From Lingula anatina (lineage: Eukaryota; Animalia; Brachiopoda): a stretch of DNA of 64,000 nucleotides. This document shows, one piece after another, positions 62,435 through 64,000 of the stretch. A program made the translations under genes and the position numbers. How positions within the stretch are numbered: the first letter of the stretch is position 1; every line of letters begins with the position of its first letter. A model generated the notes under the pieces. That model was not told the origin of the DNA, ran no database searches, and saw only the letters and a list, made by a program, of their open reading frames with translations. The DNA is taken from NCBI GenBank assembly GCA_051362555.1, contig CM120643.1, positions 29,144,848-29,208,847 on the forward strand. Direction: 5' to 3'.

Positions 62435-64000
62435 CCACACTCTCTCTCTCTCTGCAAAGACTTGGCATAATTTTTTTATGGAGGTGGTGTCACTAAGGAT
62501 TTGGATTTAGTAGTTAGCAGAAGTTATTGGAAATCTGTAGCCTTAAACGAGACCCTGACTGCTATATCAGTGTGTGATAAATTTTACAATACTGAAGGGA
62601 AACTGTGCAGACAAAGTACCAAACTGTGTCCATGCAATATTGTTTCAAAACATTCTACAAAATCTGTTAGCTGTAGGTAAACTATGGAGATTTTGTTAGT
62701 GAGCACATTGAGATTATTAATTGTTTTAGAATACAAGGGTTCTGCTGGTATTCAGTCATTTCAAATGTACTCCGGCAAAATCTGTATTTGATGACGGTGC
62801 GCATGTATGCTGCATGTTAAACAATTTTTTTTTTCATTTAAAAATTTGAACGGTAACCTCTTTTACTATAACGGAGTCACAATCATGTTCATTGTTGTTA
62901 CTAGTTATAGTATTTACTTATTCGGTCTACTAACATGTTGTAATAATGGAATTTGATGTATTATTTTTTACATCCCATGTACCACATGTCACAAAAGAAC
63001 TCCAATCTAAAGTTGGTCTGAAAATTCCATTTTAATCCGGAATGAATTCATTGGTGAAAGTTATCTGAAGTGAAGAAAATTGTCCCATTTGGCAAAGTTA
63101 TAAAAAAGGCTAACAGTGGAGATCAGTAGTCACTTCTGAATCAGTGGAATTCATGTAACTTACCACTGTATAACTCGTAATATCATTTAACTCGATATCT
63201 TAATATTTGGAGATCGTTTCTTTTGTATTATCTGAAACTTATCAGAACATTGTCTTAGTTGAATCTAAGTATAACTCGAACAAATTTTACAGTCTGAAGT
63301 TGGATTTTTTTATATTATGTAATCGAAGTGGACTACAGTTCTTTTATCGAAGTAGACCAAGTCTTAATTTGACCCAGGTTCTTTGTGAAGCTGGCCCCAG
63401 GGCATTATGGGATTGTCTGCTTCAATTTTTCCGTCCAGTTGTATTTTACCAATTTATTAATCTAAACTTACTGTTTTATGCATCATATGAGATGTACTTC
63501 ATTTGCCAAATGATGTTTTATTTCATTTTGAAGGATAGAATATTATGTACTTATCAGAGGCTTTTGAGAAATGTTTCATTAATGACTTTGTGATTTTGTA
63601 TATTGCTTCTCTTGTTTACAAATGGCATTTTAAAATTTTACCGAATTTTTCTCAGTGATTCCTGATTACCATGCATATTCTATTAACTTATTCATTTTCT
63701 CCGTCCTCACTGGCATTATTGTGCTAATGTAGTCTTGTTGTTGTCATTTGTTATTGATATTAATGTTATGCTTCTGTCCGTCCTAGAATATTGAAATATG
63801 TAAAAAGAGAATAATTCATATCACATATTTTACCATTTATTAAGAAATAAGATATTGTTGTCTCATAATATTTAAGTTCATCTGGCAGTATTTGCCACTT
63901 GCTCAAAATGACCAAAAACTTAGAAGATAGTGTTCGGTAACTTTTGTTGTAGACCTGTAAATTCTAAGGAGTTTAATTACACTATTAGAGTATTAGTTTC

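Overview
AT-rich, intron-rich animal genomic DNA; it looks like a marine invertebrate, but the taxon cannot be fixed from sequence alone. There are three spliced genes. (1) The 3' part of a mosaic extracellular protein gene on + (TSP1-like, EGF, 7 sushi, GCC2/3 cys-rich repeats, EGF-Ca; stop at 7318). (2) A complete 6-exon purine nucleoside phosphorylase (PNP) on - (36869-20207). (3) A CEP89-like centrosomal coiled-coil gene on + (40771-62241), head-to-head with PNP. Two nests of transposons dominate the non-coding DNA. The first is a 6.1-kb element at 9168-15304 with 27-bp TIRs and a 6-bp TSD (IS3EU-like); it holds a CCCAG/CTGGG element, a long-TIR MITE, a Helitron-like end and a decayed Academ-like ORF. 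The second is a 10.4-kb array filling one CEP89 intron, which resolves into three Helentron-type (HINE-like) elements nested inside one another. Each inner copy is inserted into the same T-rich window of the ~161-bp satellite monomer carried by the copy around it. All calls are from manual reading; family names for mobile elements are inferences from terminal structure.
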